DNA of 64,000 nucleotides, taken from NCBI GenBank assembly GCA_951406725.2, contig CATOCA020000002.1:1269150-1333149 (forward strand), read 5' to 3'. Positions 26,640 to 38,360 of this stretch are shown piece after piece. Position 1 is the stretch's first letter. Every line of letters starts with the position of its first letter. Below the pieces are notes generated by a model. It saw only the letters and a program-made list of their open reading frames with translations, was not told the DNA's origin and made no database searches. This stretch comes from Octopus vulgaris (lineage: Eukaryota). The position numbers and the translations under genes are program-made.

Positions 26640-26885
26640 ATGGTGACGGTGAACATTAGTGGTTAATGTGAACAACTCGGTTCAATGCAATGGTGAATGT
26701 GAGTTGGCTAATATGATCAGCAGCATCTTTGCTGCTAGGAGAACGGTTATAAGTCAGTTTGATGTGATAGTGAATGGGAGTCAATTATTGTGAATGGTGG
26801 CATCTTTGCTGTGAGGGGAATAGGTGTAAGTCAGTTTGATGTGACAGTGAATTTAAGTTAGTTAATGTGAACAGTGTTGTCTTTG
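26640..26885. repeat. Degenerate ~78-bp tandem repeat
   Basis: GCATCTTTGCTG...AAGTCAGTTTGATGTGA.AGTGAAT recurs at ~26724 and ~26800. Confidence 0.55.
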
Positions 26886-26919
26886 TAAGGTGGAAGGTTT
26901 TGAAATTGCTGTGAAAATA

Positions 26920-27659
26920 CTGTAAAAGCTCATGTAATTTATGCATTTTTTTTTTTGCAAAAATGAAAATAAACTTTAGGAGTGTGTAAATTAAATGAGT
27001 AGATCATTTCCAGAATTTTTTTTAGAAATGTTTTTTGTTGATAAAAGACATACAAAACATAAACATTTGTACCAGAAGTGCACTCATTAAATGTCAGAAT
27101 AGGTTTTTACAGAAAAATAAGAGCTTAAATATAATGAAATTGACTTTTATTTATGCTGGACAGTATAATAGTATAATGCTTACTTTTTCTGTAGGAATTT
27201 ACTAAAAAACATTTGTGTTTATTGGTAATTAAACTTAATTTGTAACACCTATGCACATTTATCAGCGTTGTTTTTGTTGATAATTCTTAACAACTTTTCC
27301 TGTGATCCTGATTTGAGAAGACATATGTTAAAGATTGGACATAATCTTGTGGGCAAGAAATGTAAAATAAAGTTTATTATAAACAACATAAACTCTTTGT
27401 AATTTAATAGCTTTTAATGTGATACCTGTTAAATAGAAATTATTTTTATTTAATGAAAATTTAATAAAATCTCATCATAAGTAAGTGAAATTATGCTAAA
27501 TATAACTAAATTGGAAACCTTTTTTCCCTGGCCATATTGGCAATTCTGAAAATTTGGGGGTGCAAATTTTACATGAGTAGAAGCTTTTTTTAACAAATTT
27601 TATCGTGAAAATCACCTGTGTAAATTACACTGGTACGCAAATTACATGGGTTTTTACAG
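26920..27659. mobile_element. Non-autonomous Tc1/pogo-type DNA transposon (MITE-like) with TA target duplication
   Basis: Left TA|CTGTAAAAGCTCATGTAATTT and right AAATTACATGGGTTTTTACAG|TA form a 21-bp TIR with 2 mismatches. Confidence 0.75.
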
Positions 27660-28363
27660 TAGTCAGTGTGAACTTGCCAACATAAAGAATGTAGAATGGT
27701 TACTTGACTAGTGTAAATTTGGAAGTAACAACAGAGTCTAGTCAACAAAAAAAAAAGATAACATAATGAATCATTACACTGGTCAATAAAAAGAAAAGCT
27801 CACCAAAACAAGTCTAAACATTTCAAAGGTAAATGAAAGAACTTTAAAAAACTCTCTTAAGAACTGTCTGTTTATGCCATAAATGTTTATTGGCATCTTA
27901 AAGTTGTTTTATATTGTTTATACTTAACAGTTTTGTTTGTTATTGTCAACTCTTCTGACTTCTGTAACTACCACTTCTGCTCTAAGCAAGTTTGCTTGCT
28001 GAGTTCGCCTGAAGTCTCCTAGGTTATAAATACAAACTGTTGGAGCTCGCTGGTTGTATTGGGAGGCTGCGTGTTATCATCTTTGTGCTTTTTTCTTTGC
28101 GTGTTAAATAATTATAAAAACTTTATAAATTACATGTATTACAACAGGTCTAATATTATGTTTATAATTATAACTATAAATTTTTAACTATTACTGAGTT
28201 ACACATACAAGGAGGCTTTTTTAAATTTTAAGTAGCCAAAAAAATTGATAAATAAACCTTAAGATTGACTTCAACTTGATATATCTCAGCTATTTGAAAA
28301 GCATACTATACTTTATCTCCACCAGATGTATCTTTCCTTGTGAACTCCATAAAAATATATTAA

Positions 28364-29820
28364 CCCTTTTGTTACTAACCCGGCCAAAAAAGTTTTTGGC
28401 TCATAATACCAACCCGGCCGTGAGAACCTATTGTTATTTAAATGTAAATTTGAACCCAAATCTCGTTGGTACATTCGTTAAAACATGTGATTTCACATTG
28501 TAAATAGTTAAGTTATAGTATCCGACATTGCTTGAAGTGATATCTCAACTCAGTGAATTTTGGGAGATTTTTTTCCACATGTTTTTTGGCATCGATTTTT
28601 CTTCAACTTTGAAAATGGATAGGAGTTTTATGTTATCAAGCATTGATTCCGAATTTAAAGCTTTTTCAACGGAAAATAGGGAGATATCGAGAAAAAGAAT
28701 GAAATAGGTACTAAAGCACGTAGTGTACAAAATAATGAATATTTTTTTATCCGAAAATGAAAGCAGCGCCTTCCGAAGAAACAAAGCGGCGAAGGCGACA
28801 GCGAAGACGATTTTACATCGGAATGAAGTAAAAAAACTTTTTAAATGTTTTTATTAGCAATTTTTCTGAGGAGATAAAGTTTATCTATATATAGCCTTTC
28901 TTAGGAAGTGAAACCATTAGACTTTTATTTTTATCAGTATGCTAGTTTGAAGCGATCACTTCGGAAACAAACTTACGCAGATTGTAAACAAACACAAAAT
29001 GGGGGTTCAAAGTTTTGAAAATTTGTGAAGCAAATACTGGGTACTGTTGTGGATTTAGTTTTTATACAGGGAAACTAATGTTAGTCAGCATGGCTTAGGG
29101 TACGATGTAGTCTGGAAGTTATTGTTTGAAGCGATCAATGCGGAAACAAACTTACGCAGATTGTAAACAAACACAAAATCCAGGTTCAAAGTTTTGAAAA
29201 TTTGTGAAGCAAATACTGGGTACTGCGTGGATTTAGTTTTTATACAGAGAAAATAATGTTAGTCAGCATGGCCTAGGGAACGATGTGGTCTGGAATTTAT
29301 CACTTCCATACCATAACCAGGGCCGTATATTATTTTTTGACCGATTTCTTTAGTTCGTTCAAACTTGAGGTGGATTCCAGTATTTCACTTTATTCCACCT
29401 TTATGGTTACACCTGTTGTGCATTAAATTCAACTGATGATCTAGTGATGTGCACAATTCTTCTTTATCAAAATTTTGTAGCATACCCATTTGAATATTAG
29501 CTGATGATTCATCTTCTATAGTGATGTTTAAACAAAATTTTAATTTTTTACCTTTTGCTCAATTTAAAATTTTAATATTTTTACCTTTTGCTCAATTTAC
29601 CTGGATTTACCTGTAATTAAAGTCACTTTGAGACAAAAGTTATGCAATAGAATTGATTAAGAACCCTTTCTTTAATTATGTTCCAAATATCACATTAAAA
29701 TGTTGATAAGTAAAAAAGTTACAGTTATTTAATGAAACAAGCCTAGATTCATGATTATTTTAGAATTTAATTGAAACTCATGAGGGGTGTATTTTGGTCA
29801 GAAATATAGTAACGAAAGGG
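28364..29820 (+). mobile_element. Internally deleted piggyBac transposon with intact TIRs and TTAA TSDs
   Basis: TTAA|CCCTTTTGTTACTA ... TAGTAACGAAAGGG|TTAA; transposase remnants GFKV.KICEANTGY...YTG..GLGYDVVWKL..GRILFFDRF; ~180-bp internal tandem duplication (28945/29124). Confidence 0.9.
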
Positions 29821-30206
29821 TTAAAGAGAAAAAGAGTTATGCAGCTTTCAATAATTACTAGTTGTAAATATATGTCTTGTAATTACAAAGATACTTAAAT
29901 AACAATTTGTCAATACAAGGCAAACAGAAAATTCAGTCTACAATTGTTTTGTTTTAGTCGACCTTCTCTCCTAAGTCATTTGATTCCTCATTGTTCATAG
30001 TGTTTTATATATTTTTTATTATTACTCTCTTTTTAGAAAATTTTATTTCTGATAAACATTAATTAGAAAATTCATTCTAAATAGGCAGATTTCATAATAT
30101 TCAATGTAAAGAAAGTGTTATTCAATTTCGAATTTCTAAGAAAAATGAATTTACATCAATTATTGATCAATAAGAAATGAAATAATATGAACAAGTAAGC
30201 TAAAGA

Positions 30207-31543
30207 GTACTAGAATGAAAAATGCAAGCAAGGGATAGCAATATTCTTAAGTATTTAATAAACTGGAAAAATACAGGGCAAACAGTAAGCCTAAAATAAA
30301 AGAAGAGAGCTTAAAATATTGCAGCTAAGATAAAATTTGAATGGGTTGTCAATTAAGTAAAATATTCAAAATAGCCAAGCCATTCAATACTGATCAACCA
30401 TCTTTAAGCCAAATTTTTCACTATTGCTAAGCTTTACAGTAAATAAATTTTGAATTGTTTTAATGTATGAAAATAAAATGATAACTGCCATCATATTTTG
30501 TAACATTAGGTAGTTAAAATTGTTTTATTTATTAAATTTTTATTACAAATATAAAGTAGGTAAATAAGTTAAATGCTTGACTACAGTAAAAATTTAAGCC
30601 TATTTAAAGTAATCAGATGTTTTCTTTCTTTTTTGGCAAAATTATTTTACTTAAAAAATTTTAATTTTTAGTTAGTTAACTAATTCTCAGTTCATTTTAA
30701 TGTTAGGTAAATCTAACTTTCTCTCAAATAAATGCAGATATCATAGAGTTAATCATAATAAAAGAAAATAAAGATAATCTTTATAGCATTGTATTAATAA
30801 TAAATAAACAAAAATTAATCTCTATTTCAAAAATCTTCAAACAACTTTTATTTGATTCATGGGTATTTATGATAAAGCACCAGATTATTTTTATTGAATT
30901 TTATATTTAACTGCAGGAGTGGCTGTGTGGTAAGTAGCTTGTTTACCAACCACATGGTTCCGGGTTCAGTCCCACTGCGTGGCACCTTGGGCAAGTGTCT
31001 TCTACTATAGCCTTGGGCCGACCAAAGCATTGTGAGTGGATTTGGTAGACGGAAACTGAAAGAAGCCCGTCATATATATGTATATATATGTGCGTGTGTG
31101 TGTCTGTGTTTGTCCCCCTAGCATTGCTTGACAACCGATGCTGGTGTGTTTATGTCCCCGTAACTTAGCGGTTCGGCAAAAGAGACCGATAGAATAAGTA
31201 CTGGGCTTACAAAAGAATAAGACCCGGGGTCGAGTTGCTTGATTAAAGGCGGTGCTCCAGCATGGCTGCAGTCAAATGACTGAAACAAGTAAAAGAGAGT
31301 ATTTTAAGCTCTTTCCTTTTATTTTAGGCTTACTTCTTGGTTGAAAGATGGTTGTTCAGTATTGAATGGCTTGGCTTATTTGAATATTTTATTCAATTAG
31401 CAACACCTTCAAATTTTATTTTAGCAGCAATATTTTAAGTTCCTTTCTTTTATTTCAGGCTTACTTCTTGTCCTGTATTTTTCCAGGTTTATTAAATACT
31501 TAAGAATATTGTTATCCTTTGCTCACATTTTTCATTCTAGTAC
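30207..31543. mobile_element. Fold-back element with ~205-bp inverted arms (30207-30413 and 31337-31543), interrupted by a SINE
   Basis: GTACTAGAATGAAAAATG..AATATTCTTAAGTATTTAATAAAC..GCCAAGCCATTCAATACTGA vs TCAGTATTGAATGGCTTGGC..GTTTATTAAATACTTAAGAATATT..CATTTTTCATTCTAGTAC. Confidence 0.75.
30913..31300 (+). mobile_element. tRNA-derived CORE-type SINE, full length
   Basis: A box GTGGCTGTGTGG, B box GGTTCAGTCCC, CORE-like ACCTTGGGCAAGTGTCTT, internal (TA)(TG) tract, LINE-like tail GGCGGTGCTCCAGCATGGC..GACTGAAAC. Confidence 0.9.
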
Positions 31544-31659
31544 ACTGTATTGGTGAGAAAAGATCTATAGATGTTAGAACTCAGAGAAAGGATGAGAAGG
31601 GACCAAGTATCCCGGCAGTTCACTGTACTTGAAAAGTAAACGCTTGATTGCTTTTGCAT

Positions 31660-31880
31660 ACAGGCACCTTGCGTAAGTGCTGGTACCATGTAAAAAGCAC
31701 CCATACAAGTGCTGCATAAAAACACCCAGAACACTCTGTAAAGTGGTTGGTATTAGGAAGGGATTCCAGCTGTAGAAACCCTGTGAACACAGACAGGGAG
31801 CTGAATGGCCCTTCAGCTGGTCAGCTCCTGTCAAACCGTCCAACACATGTCAGCATGGAAAACAGATGTTAGATGATCAC
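31660..31880 (+). mobile_element. Diverged RTE 3' UTR fragment
   Basis: CATGTAAAAAGCACC..GTGGTTGGTATTAGGAAGGG..CCGTCCAAC..CAGCATGGAAAACAGATGTT. Confidence 0.7.
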
Positions 31881-32256
31881 TCGAGTACCCCAGTGGTCAA
31901 TAATAGCAAGTGTTTTACTAAAAACTTTGTCATCATTATAATATTTTGGCTTGTATTTATGAATATTTAATTTTTCCTATTTCAGGTATTGAAGAAAAAT
32001 GTACATGAAAGTTTCTAATGAGAGTATGAGGATCTAAATAAAAATGACAAAATAACAGGAAAATAGGAAAATTATATTTATCACTCCCCAGACCCACTCA
32101 TTATTCTACATTATGTTATTTTCTACAATAAATTCTCCAACCTAATTTTCCAAATGTTGGACTTGTATTCAAAACAACCAAATAAATATGCAAATTTACA
32201 CATGGGTACATGATATTACAAACAGGTTGCATACACTTTCTAAAAGGTTTTCAAGG

Positions 32257-32443
32257 GTGGCACGTAAAAAGCACCCACTACACTCACGGAGTGGTTGGCG
32301 TTAGGAAGGGCATCCAGCCGTAGAAACACTGCCAGATCTGACTGGGCCTGATGAAGCCTTCCAGCTTCACAGACCCCAGTTGAACCGTCCAACCCATGCT
32401 AGCATGGAAAACGGACGCTAAATGATGATGATGATGATGATGA
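32257..32443 (+). mobile_element. RTE 3' terminal fragment with (GAT)n tail
   Basis: Near-identical to 25615-25790. Confidence 0.85.
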
Positions 32444-32819
32444 AGTTTAGTTAATGCAAGAGCTGTTCATTTACAACATATGTCACATTCCATGGAAAAG
32501 TTAGAAATGTACATAATAAACACTATTATTCATATTCACTGCAAAAGTTCCCAAAGAACAATATTTCTTGTATATCAACATACCAAGGAGGCACCAACAC
32601 ACCTTGGCTTTCTGAATTTTCGATCTGTAACGTCAAATTATTTTTATGCTTTGTTCTGCTCAAATACATGCTTGTATTTAAATAAATAGGCTAAAGTTAA
32701 ATACATGACACCTTTCAGTAAGTTGAATGTAAAAGGTAAAAGCGAAATATGAGGTAGAATGATATTGGAGTAAGTCTATATGCAAATATATGTAGTGTAT
32801 TAAATATATAATGAGACAT

Positions 32820-34641
32820 AACATAGCATAGCAGCCAATCCTGACAGCAAGGTTTTCTGGAAATATGTGCATTCAAAGCAGAGACCTCACTCTCCAGTGG
32901 GCCCTCTTCGCAACCCTCACACAAACCAGATCACTGACGACCCCAAGGAATGCGCAGAACTCATTGCTGAGTGCTATGCAAACATATTCACTGTTGAAAG
33001 TCAAAATGTACCATCTTCACCATCACTAACAGCAAATTCCATAACAACTATGGAATTTACACCTGCAATGCTGCGACATCACCTTCAAAATAAGCGCAAC
33101 TATGCCTCCCCTGGTCTCGATGGAGTTACATACCTGCTTCTCAAACGTGGCAGGTACTTCCTTTTACACCAGCTTTCTATTTTCTTCCAGTACTGTCTCA
33201 ACAATGGTGCTACTCCGGAGCAGTGGAAAACTGCCAGTGTCATTCCTCTGTTCAAAAAGGGCGACCGCACATCACCTGTCAACTATCGCCCAGTCAGTCT
33301 CACTAGCTGTATTGCAAAACTGATGGAATCGTGTGTCAGAGAAACACTCTGGAACTTCTGGAGCTCTCACAGTCTCATCCGACCCTCGCAATATGGATTT
33401 GTCCTCAACTCCAGCTGCAGTGATCAGCTTGTCGAGTTCCTTGAGGACATTACTCAGATCACTGACAGTGGCTCATGGGTGGATGTTGTCTACCTTGACT
33501 TTGCTAAGGCTTTCAACTCTGTGCCACACAAAAGGCTTATGGTGAAACTCTCTGCAATGGGTGTGAGGGATGACCTTTTTAACTGGTTGAAATCCTTCAT
33601 CCTCAGCCGAAAGGAGGTAGTCACAGTTCTAGGACAGCACTCTACACCATATGAGATGTCATCGGGTGTACCACAGGGATCTGTCCTTGGTCCCCTCTTG
33701 CTTGAGGCATACATTATAGATGCCAATTTAAAGAATGCCACAGTATTGAAATATGCAGACAACATCAAGCTGTACCTTGAAATCAAGAGGACAGATCCTG
33801 ATGTCTACAACTCTTTCCTGCAATCAGACCTAGACACAATGCAGCAGCAATGGATCACAGACTGGCAACTGAAACTGGCTGTGGACAAGTGTACGACCAT
33901 GCATTTTGGGAGAAAAAACCCTGCGTCCACATACTCCCTCCACAACACTGATATCAAGAAATCCTCTTGCGAGCGTGACCTAGGCATCACTGTCAGCAGT
34001 GATTTGCATTGGACAAAGCATATCTCTAAAATTGTCAAGAAGGCCGAGGGTGTCTTGGCATCACTCAGCAAGACTTTTGTTAGCCGCTCTCCAGCCATCT
34101 ATTTAAAACTGTATACAGCTATGGTACGACCACACTTGGAATTCGCATCATCAGTTTGGAACCCCTATCTTGCTCAGAACATTGACCTCCTGGAATCTGT
34201 CCAGAGACGTGCAACCAAACGCATACCCTCCATCAGACACCTACCATATTCTGAGCGCCTTGTTTCCCTGGGCATGGATTCACTGAAGCTCCGGCGTCTG
34301 GCGACGGACTTGGTAAACACCCACAAAGTTATCAACCACCTCACCAACAACAACACTGAACACCTTTTTGATCTCCATGTGTCTAACACACGTGGACATG
34401 CCTACAAAGTCAGAAAACAACACAGCTCCCATGACTTTCGGAAACATTTTTTCACGCTCAGAGTTGCTGAAGCATGGAATAAACTGCCTGCGTCAGTTGT
34501 TGACTGCCATGACACTGCATCCTTTAAGGCCCTCATGCTTTCCGAAATCCGCTGAAACTACACCTGATTATATATACACTTTAGATGAGTTCTAGTGCAC
34601 CTGAGCACTGTACACAATTATTATTATTATTATTATTATTA
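32820..34641 (+). mobile_element. 5'-truncated CR1-clade LINE (RT ORF 32867-34555) with (TTA)n tail
   Basis: SPGLDG, NYRPVSLTS, QYGF, VYLDFAKAFNSVPH, SGVPQGSVLGP, YADN (degenerate YADD), ERDLG, VRPHLEF, TRGH, WNKLP. Confidence 0.93.
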
Positions 34642-34763
34642 TATATTTTGATATGCAAACATACACACAAGACATTCTCCACAAACTTGCCAGGTAAACA
34701 GGCATATTAAATTCAGTATCATATATTTAATTTTTTTTCTTCTGCTTTTCTTAATCACTTTTC

Positions 34764-34805
34764 TTCTCTTTGATAGAGAGTATCATCCGAAACGTTAGAT
34801 TCTCT
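34764..34805 (+). ncRNA. Degenerate hammerhead-like motif, probable PLE pLTR relic
   Basis: TGATAGAGAGTATCATCCGAAACGTTAGA shares the CGAAACGTTA end with the motifs at 51026 and 55499; the core is degraded. Confidence 0.3.
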
Positions 34806-35469
34806 TGTTTTTCTCCACACTGGCATATTTATCTTTATCATACACTTCTTTGTTGTTTTTACACTTTATAATTCTAAGCTTTTTCAGTTGTGTTCTGTTT
34901 TGGCTAAACTGATACTATGTACTATTTGTTTGTTTGTCTCCTCTTCATAATATTACTTGAGCTGTCTGTCTGTCTGTTTGTTTGCATGCACGCACGTATA
35001 TATGTTATGTATGATATGTAAGTATGTATGTATGGGCATGTACATATACATATCTGAATACACACAAATGTATGCACACACAGATATGCATTCACAGATA
35101 TACACACATGTATATATATATATATATAAAAATATACGTCAGGTTTTTCAAAACAAGGAAGGGGTACAGAATTATGAAGATAACTATGAAAAGGTTTGTA
35201 TGTAGTAGATTGTGCCTGGGTGTTTGCTTTAACCTGCTTGATACTGATCTGCCAAGATTGTTCCTGCTTCTGTGAAACAAACTTCCTATTTTAATGTTCC
35301 ATCAAAACTTCATGTTACGTTGCAAACACAAGCTTAATAAAGACAAAATTATTTTACTAAATTCTTCATATTTTCAAATTTAACTGAAATATAGGCAGTG
35401 TATTTCAACATAAACATGCTGGCAAAAGTATTAAAACTGAATATTGACAGTGATAAGAAAAAAACTCAC

Positions 35470-35607
35470 CGGCTTAGAAATGATTGTTTAAAATCTCCAT
35501 ATTGACTGCTGCTTTTGTGCTGAGGGAAGTCTTCCATGGAACACATTAATGCACAGTCTGTGCCCTCATAACGCATGTGTAGAAATGGTTGGGTAGAAAT
35601 TTGATCT
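35470..35607 (-). CDS. OPLAH: 5-oxoprolinase internal exon, first of three visible
   Basis: CAG|A GAT CAA...AGC CG|GTGAGT; DQISTQPFLHMRYEGTDCALMCSMEDFPQHKSSSQYGDFKQSFLS(R) contains the OPLAH motif FLH.RY.GTDCALM..GDF...F..R; 138 bp, phase 2 at both ends. Confidence 0.95.
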
Positions 35608-35680
35608 CTGGTAAGAAATAACTCATTATTTTCTCACTACATACACGTATAATATGTTAAACATTAAGTACAACATTTAT

Positions 35681-35883
35681 GCATTATTCTGTTGTATCTG
35701 GGGAGAGTCATTTTCTTTTTGTGCCTTATAATGTAACACACTCACCAGTTGAATTTCCACTTATTTCTTAAAAAATACAAAATAAAAAAAAGAAAAAAGA
35801 AAAAGAGAAATAAGTGGAAATGAGTGTGTTACATTATAAGACACAAAAAGAAAATGACTCTCCCTAGACACAACAGAATATGC
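35681..35883. repeat. Long near-perfect hairpin (~80-bp arms, A-rich loop), MITE-like
   Basis: TATTCTGTTGT..GGGAGAGTCATTTTCTTTTTGTG.CTTATAATGTAACACACTCA..TTTCCACTTATTTCT pairs with AGAAATAAGTGGAAATGAGTGTGTTACATTATAAG.CACAAAAAGAAAATGACTCTCCC..ACAACAGAATA. Confidence 0.92.
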
Positions 35884-36077
35884 TTCAACACATGAACTCA
35901 TTTAAAGAATCTTGCAAACCAAATCCAAAAATGAAAAATAATTTGTGCATTAAACATATAGATATTCATTTATCACACAAATATTATATTTAGGTATTAA
36001 AAACTGAATAATTGCAAGAAGTTAGGCATTGTATAGTGCAGAAATGTGGACGAATTATATATTTTTAATTTTTTGCA

Positions 36078-36225
36078 TGCTTATGTGGTTAAGAACTTTG
36101 TTTTGTGACTGTGATTTTGGGTTCAATCCCACAGCACAGTACCTTGGGCACGTGGTTTTTGCCATAGCTTCAGGTTGACCAATGCTTTATGTGTGAAATT
36201 TGGTAGATAGAAACTGTGCACAAGT
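36078..36225 (+). mobile_element. Degenerate SINE head and CORE
   Basis: GGGTTCAATCCCACAGCACAGTACCTTGGGCA..TTTGGTAGATAGAAACTG resembles the 30913 SINE. Confidence 0.6.
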
Positions 36226-36714
36226 CCATATTGTCTTTATCTTTCTCTCTCATATACAATTCCCACTTATCCACCTATCACACACACACACACACACACA
36301 TGAGAAAGGTGACTTTGAAGTTTCACTGTTCATTGGTTTCATTAGATTCTAAAGGTTGTAAAGTTTCTGGACACTTTATGAACAATAAAATGTTGAGGAC
36401 ACTGTCAAACTTTTCTTTCATTTGTTCACTTATTTTATGTCTATTTTTTCCATGCTAATACTGACAGGTCAGTAAAAACATACTTAAAATATTCTGAGAT
36501 GTACAAAAAATCCATTTTAATTTTTGCTGTCAAAACGCTGTATATATATACCAAAGATTGTATATATATACATGTAATGTGACAATTTGCGACAACCAAT
36601 AATTAACGCAACCAATTCCCAATAATATATTTGTTTTATCCTTTTCTGCCAAATTTTCCCAAATATTCTCATCACACTATTGAACTTCTCTGTTACCAAA
36701 CACTATATTTATAC

Positions 36715-36860
36715 ATGTAATGTGACAATTATGTATAAAAAAACATTTTTGAATTCATAATATCCAATGTGACAATTATGTAAAAAACTTTTTTGAATGC
36801 ATAATATTCAATGTGACAATTATGTAAAAAACTTTTTTTGAACCCATATTATTCAATGTT
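36715..36860. repeat. ~45-bp tandem repeat, 3 copies
   Basis: AATGTGACAATTATGTA..AAAACTTTTTTGAA..CATAATATTC repeated; a further partial copy at ~36570. Confidence 0.7.
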
Positions 36861-36995
36861 TCCTTAAATGTAACTTTTGACAATCTTTTACCAAAGAGTG
36901 AAACCGGTTAAGTAAATAAACATCGTTTAAATTGCATTTTCAAACCTTTTTTCTTATATAATCCCACTCGTGCGATACCCCACAACTCAACTTTT

Positions 36996-37027
<32 letters not shown>

Positions 37028-37036
37028 GTGTGTGTA

Positions 37037-37068
<32 letters not shown>

Positions 37069-37091
37069 CATGTGTGTATATATATATATAC

Positions 37092-37123
<32 letters not shown>

Positions 37124-37124
37124 T

Positions 37125-37334
37125 AGAAGGTTTGGAGATGATGTACAGGTATTTTATATTTACAGATATTTGTTTGTATATTACTGTTTTTATACATCAT
37201 ATATCATATCTGCATTTACTTTGAATATGTGACCACACTTAAATTTCATTTGGTTGTCTCCCTCTATGTATTTGTAGGTGAGGTTACTGCAGATCCCACA
37301 TCTACCATCTCCACACTCTTTTACAAAGAATTCA

Positions 37335-37335
<1 letters not shown>
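37125..37335 (-). mobile_element. Penelope-like element fragment (linker zinc finger ahead of GIY-YIG), between TA tracts
   Basis: VKECGDGRCGIC...IEG....FKCG..F.V..DM resembles the C-x3-RC-x2-C linker seen in the 51782 element. Confidence 0.5.
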
Positions 37336-37383
<48 letters not shown>

Positions 37384-37387
<4 letters not shown>

Positions 37388-38244
37388 GAGAATGGATGAA
37401 GATAGGTGTGTGAGAAAGTGCCAATCCCTAGCAGTTGAGGGAGCCCGTGGAAGAGGTAGACCCAAGAAAACCTGGGACGAGGTGGTGAAGCATGACCTTC
37501 GAACTTTAGGCCTCACTGAGGAAATGACCAGCGACCAAGACCTCTGGAAATATGCTGTACGTGAGAAGACCAGGCAGGACAAGTGAGCCCAGTCCACTTA
37601 TGAATGCCTTTCCTCCCTTGGACACAAAGACCTGTTGAGGTAAGCGAAGTCGATATAGAACCTCATCCAACGACAGGCACCCATGCCAACCCCCTTTGCT
37701 TGCGAAGACATGTTGGGGCAATCGAAATCGAATTGAACCAGCCAGGATCCCTGGTCTGGTGGTACGTAAAAGCACTATCCGACTCGTGCCCGATGCCAGC
37801 GCCGCCTCCACTGGCTTCCGTGCCGGTGGCACGTAAAATACACCAATCCGACCGTACAACAGGCACCTATGCGAAGACATGTTGGGGCAAGCGAAAGCGA
37901 AATCGAATTACACCAGCCAGGATCCCTGGTCTGGTGGTACGAAAAAAGCACTATCCCACTCGTGGCTGATGCCAGCGCCGCCTCGACTGGCTTCCGTGCC
38001 GGTGGCACATAAAATAGACTAATCCGACCGTGGCCGTTGCTAGCCTCGCCTGGCACCTGTGCAGGTGGCACGTAAAAAGCACCCACTACACTCACGGAGT
38101 GGTTGGCGTTAGGAAGGGCATCCAGCTGTAGAAAAATTGCCAGATAAGACTGGAGCCTGGTGCAGCCTTCTGGCTTCCCAGATCCCCGGTCGAACCGTCC
38201 AACCCATGCTAGCATGGAGAACGGACGTTAAACGATGATGATGA

Positions 38245-38248
<4 letters not shown>
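37384..38248 (+). mobile_element. RTE LINE 3' fragment (ORF C-terminus plus 3' UTR) flanked by (TA)n
   Basis: ARMDEDRCVRKCQSLAVEGARGRGRPKKTWDEVVKHDL...RQDK* parallels the end of the 24082-25254 ORF. Confidence 0.92.
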
Positions 38249-38292
<44 letters not shown>

Positions 38293-38360
38293 GTGTAAAT
38301 ACATATATATATACATATGTGTAAATACATATGTATATACATATATATATACATATGTGT

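Noticed and set aside
30913-30985. tRNA gene
   Set aside because: A and B boxes are present but continue into SINE body and tail; no complete cloverleaf.
35140-35260. Possible further GIY-YIG remnant (GRSVSSRLKQ)
   Set aside because: Too short and degenerate to support by eye.
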